DNA of 64,000 nt from an uncultured Lentisphaerales bacterium. Its GTDB lineage: Bacteria > Verrucomicrobiota > Lentisphaeria > JABSQK01 > UBA12247. Below are positions 61,166 through 64,000 of the stretch, piece by piece (the first letter of the stretch is position 1; each line of letters starts with the position of its first letter). The DNA lies in the NCBI GenBank assembly GCA_943788985.1, contig CALSSJ010000030.1:63769-127768 (forward strand). Reading direction: 5' to 3'. A model generated the notes under the pieces. It saw nothing but the letters and a program-made list of their open reading frames with translations. It did no database searches and was not told the origin of the DNA. A program made the translations under genes and the position numbers.

Positions 61166-61867
61166 CTATTTCTGCCCGTAGTAGGCATTCGCGCCATGCT
61201 TGCGGAGGTAATGCTTGTCCAAAAGAAACTGATCGACCGCGCCGATCTCGGGAGCCAGGGCGACGGTCGTGGTGGCCATCTTGGCGACCTCTTCCAGGAT
61301 CTGGGCACTGATGACCGCCTTCATCGCGGTTGCTGCCCAGGTGAATGGTGCGTGACTCGAGACCAGGACGCCGGGAAGCTCATCGGCCTTTAGGTCATTC
61401 TCCGTGAAGTGCTCGGCGATCACCTTGCCGGTGTTGAGCTCGTTGGCGCTCTCAATCTCGGCATGGGTCAGGGGCCGGGTGCAGGGAACGGAGCCGTAGA
61501 ACGTATCGGCATGGGTGGTGCCAAGGCATGGAATCTCGCGCTGGGCCTGCGCCCAGGCCGTGGCATAGGTCGAATGCGTGTGCACGATTCCGCCAATGGT
61601 GGGAAACGCGCGCTACAGGTGCCAATGGGTGGCAGTATCGGACGAGGGGCTCAGCGCGCCTTCAACCTGTTCGCCGGTCTCCAGCGAGATGAGTGGAATG
61701 TCGGCTGGCGTCATTTCGGCGTAATCCACACCGCTCGGTTTGATCGCAAAGACACCGGCGTCACGGTCGATCTCCGAGGCATTCCCCCACGTAAGAATCG
61801 CGAGCTGAACCCGGTTCATCTCTTTGTTCGCGGCACAGACTCGTTCTTGTAGAGCTTTATATCCCAT
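61166..61867 (-). pseudogene. araD: L-ribulose-5-phosphate 4-epimerase with an internal amber codon
   Basis: TWGNAS, IKPSGV.Y, PSSDT.TH..L*RAF..IGGIVHTHS, GTTHAD.FYG, HY.RKHG.NAYYGQ; TAG at 61613-61615 is in frame. Confidence 0.88.
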
Positions 61868-61909
61868 CAACCTTCTCTTACCGTTGAACTAAGCTGGTGC
61901 CGGGAGAAC

Positions 61910-62052
61910 GTAGGACGCGGTTCCCACCGCGTCCATGCTAACGTGTCGTGCTGTTGGAAGCAACGCGGTAGGAACCGCGTCGTACGACGGTCCGTACGAC
62001 GTGTCTCCGTGCACGTCGATTGCTTGGTGACGGGCACGGAGACCCGTCGTAC
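61910..62052. repeat. BIME/REPIN-like mosaic of four 24-nt REP palindromes
   Basis: Inverted pairs at 61910-61933/61962-61985 and 61994-62017/62029-62052, each with a GTAG or GTAC foot and a hairpin. Confidence 0.8.
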
Positions 62053-62072
62053 TCGTAATGAAGCATCCATGA

Positions 62073-63680
62073 CTAAGCCAAGGCCTCAACGGCGGCTCGC
62101 TGAATGGCCAGCCCCTTGTGGTAGCGCGCGAAGAACTCATTGAAGCCAGCGACATCGGTCGGATCTGGCTGAACGGCTTCGCTCATACTGCCTGCGAATA
62201 CCTGTTCTAAAAATGCTGGCAGTGTTTGCTCACGGGTCTCACGGGTCATGTAGGCCGCCAGCAAGGCAATGCCCCAGGCACCACCTTCACCAGCGGTGGC
62301 CAGGGTCGAGACTGGTGTGTTGGTGGCGGCGGCCATAATGCGCTCCCCGACCACCGGCGTTTTAAAGAATCCGCCGTGACCGCGGATCTCATCCACTTCC
62401 ACGCCCTCTTCGGCCACTAGGACATTCAGGCCCGTCCGCAAAGCGCACAGCGCCGTGAACAGGTGCGCGCGAACAAAATTGGCCAGGGTAAAGCTGCTGT
62501 CTGAAGAGCGGGTAAATAGTGGTCTTCCTTCGCTGAAGCCGGTCATGTGCTCGCCGGAAATATAGCCATAGGAGAGCAGGCCACCGCAGTCTGGATCTCC
62601 CTGCAGAGCCAGCGGGAGCAAGGTCCCGTAAAGGTCCGCCGTCGGGACCTTGGCGCCCAGCGCTTCGGCGGCCTGGCCGAAAAGGTCAAACCAGGCGTTG
62701 AGATCTGACGTACAATTGTTGGCATGCGCCATCCCGACGAGTTTTCCGTCCGGCGTGGTGATGAGGTCGATCTCGCGGTGGGCTTGCGAAAGGTCTTTCT
62801 CCAAAACCAGCATGGCAAACACCGACGTGCCCGCCGAGACATTGCCCGTTCGCACAGCCACGCTGTTTGTGGCCACCATGCCAGTGCCAGCATCGCCTTC
62901 CGGGGGACAGAGCGGGATGCCCGCTGCCAAATTTCCGGCTGGATCCAACAGTTGCGCTCCGTCGGCTGTCAGCAGCCCTGCGGACTCGCCAGCATTCAAG
63001 ATTTTAGGCAGTAGATTTCTTAGCTTCCAGCTATAGCCGTTGCTCTCGACGTGGGCATCAAATGTATCAACCAGGGCGGCATTAAAATCCTGACTCTCAA
63101 GATCAATCGGGAACATGCCTGAGGCTTCGCCAATCCCCATCACCTTCTGTCGTGTCAGTATCCAATGGACGTAGCCAGCCAGCGTCGTGATGTGCGCGAT
63201 TCGGCCCACATGCTCTTCGCCGTTCAACATGGCCTGATAAAGATGGGCAATGCTCCAGCGCTGTGGAATCGGATAGTTGAACAGCTCGGTGAGCTCTTCG
63301 GAAGCCTGCTCGGTAGAGGTATTCCGCCAGGTACGGAACGGCGTCAGCTGATTTCCTGCTGCATCGAAAACCATGTAGCCATGCATCATGCCGCTGAAGC
63401 CGATGGCCTTCACCTGCGTTAGCGACACCCCGTATTGCGCCTGCACATCTTCTTGCAGCTCGGCAAAGCTCGCCTGCAGCCCCAGCCAGACTTCGGCGAG
63501 CGGATAGGTCCAGATGCCGTCGGCCAGCGTGTTCTGCCAGCCGTGCCCACCGGAAGCAATGGGCGCGTAATCCGGGCCAATCAGCACCGCCTTGATCCGG
63601 GTCGAGCCCAGTTCAATCCCGATCGTGGCCCGTCCCCTCTGAATGATCTCTGCAACCTGCTGAGGATCTCGATCTGCCAT
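62073..63680 (-). CDS. araB: FGGY-family L-ribulokinase
   Basis: [63 protein letters not shown] at 63680 with an AGGAG SD; upstream of araD/araA. Confidence 0.88.
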   Translation of the reverse strand: MADRDPQQVAEIIQRGRATIGIELGSTRIKAVLIGPDYAPIASGGHGWQNTLADGIWTYPLAEVWLGLQASFAELQEDVQAQYGVSLTQVKAIGFSGMMHGYMVFDAAGNQLTPFRTWRNTSTEQASEELTELFNYPIPQRWSIAHLYQAMLNGEEHVGRIAHITTLAGYVHWILTRQKVMGIGEASGMFPIDLESQDFNAALVDTFDAHVESNGYSWKLRNLLPKILNAGESAGLLTADGAQLLDPAGNLAAGIPLCPPEGDAGTGMVATNSVAVRTGNVSAGTSVFAMLVLEKDLSQAHREIDLITTPDGKLVGMAHANNCTSDLNAWFDLFGQAAEALGAKVPTADLYGTLLPLALQGDPDCGGLLSYGYISGEHMTGFSEGRPLFTRSSDSSFTLANFVRAHLFTALCALRTGLNVLVAEEGVEVDEIRGHGGFFKTPVVGERIMAAATNTPVSTLATAGEGGAWGIALLAAYMTRETREQTLPAFLEQVFAGSMSEAVQPDPTDVAGFNEFFARYHKGLAIQRAAVEALA

Positions 63681-64000
63681 TGAATTACTCCTGAACACCT
63701 TACTAAGCTCGCCATAGCAGAATCTGCTGCGGGCCCCGCCTTGGGGGTAGATCTGCCCACTATACGCCCTTTAGTCGATCGATTCTGCCACCAAGGATCA
63801 TTTTTTCGCGGTGTCTTGCTAACAGCCCATGGCGGGATTTGGCTGAGGCTACTCGAACCAATCCTGCCAGTAGACTTCCTGGAGCGCATACCCAGAGGAA
63901 CCGTGTGGAACCGCGCCCCCCACAAGGGATAGAGTCGGGTCTTGGAGGGTTTCTGCATGGCCGTCAACGTAGGCCGCCTGGTAGGCAGTTACATGCCAAG

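Noticed and set aside
60821..61615. Two in-frame TAG codons suggesting amber recoding or pyrrolysine
   Set aside because: TAG is the normal stop of intact genes here (ppx, rplL, pyrD, the DUF4175-like gene), and no pyl genes or suppressor tRNA are present.
61910..62052. Possible mini CRISPR array
   Set aside because: The units alternate in orientation, belong to two sequence classes, have irregular 8-28 nt spacing, and no cas genes are present. A REP mosaic fits better.
63700..64000. Arabinose regulator operator upstream of araB
   Set aside because: Only a widely spaced GCAGAATC/GATTCTGC inverted pair and a possible TATAGT -10 are visible; no recognisable AraR/AraC site or regulator gene.

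Overview
Chromosomal window from a GC-rich bacterium, most likely PVC superphylum (Lentisphaerae/Kiritimatiellae/Verrucomicrobia-like). This is inferred from RpoB features ([11 protein letters not shown]), a DUF4175-like giant protein, tandem pilB genes and a GWNLIS-type C-terminal domain. Core content: a GNAT gene; prfB with an intact +1 frameshift site; a coiled-coil membrane protein; ppx-ppk1-pyrD; pilB-pilB-pilT; and rpsA-tRNA-Thr-tuf-tRNA-Trp-secE-nusG-rplKAJL-rpoBC. Accessory content: an envelope cluster (AsmA-like, TPR/propeller, Sel1 pseudo-protease); an Aas-like acyltransferase-ACP-ligase; a secreted hydrolase; a six-gene ABC permease/three SPFH/atypical P1B-ATPase/ABC ATPase operon; a cytochrome c-PKD/lipoprotein/beta-barrel trio; dciA-lutABC; an aldo-keto reductase fused to a permuted, eukaryote-like polynucleotide kinase/3'-phosphatase; and a damaged araBDA operon containing a four-unit REP mosaic. 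Indels cluster between about 26.4 and 38.6 kb (tuf, rpsA, asmA, aas) and are probably uncorrected long-read errors. The best candidates for undescribed systems are the AKR-PNKP fusion and the SPFH/P1B/ABC operon. All assignments come from motif recognition by eye; no searches were run.
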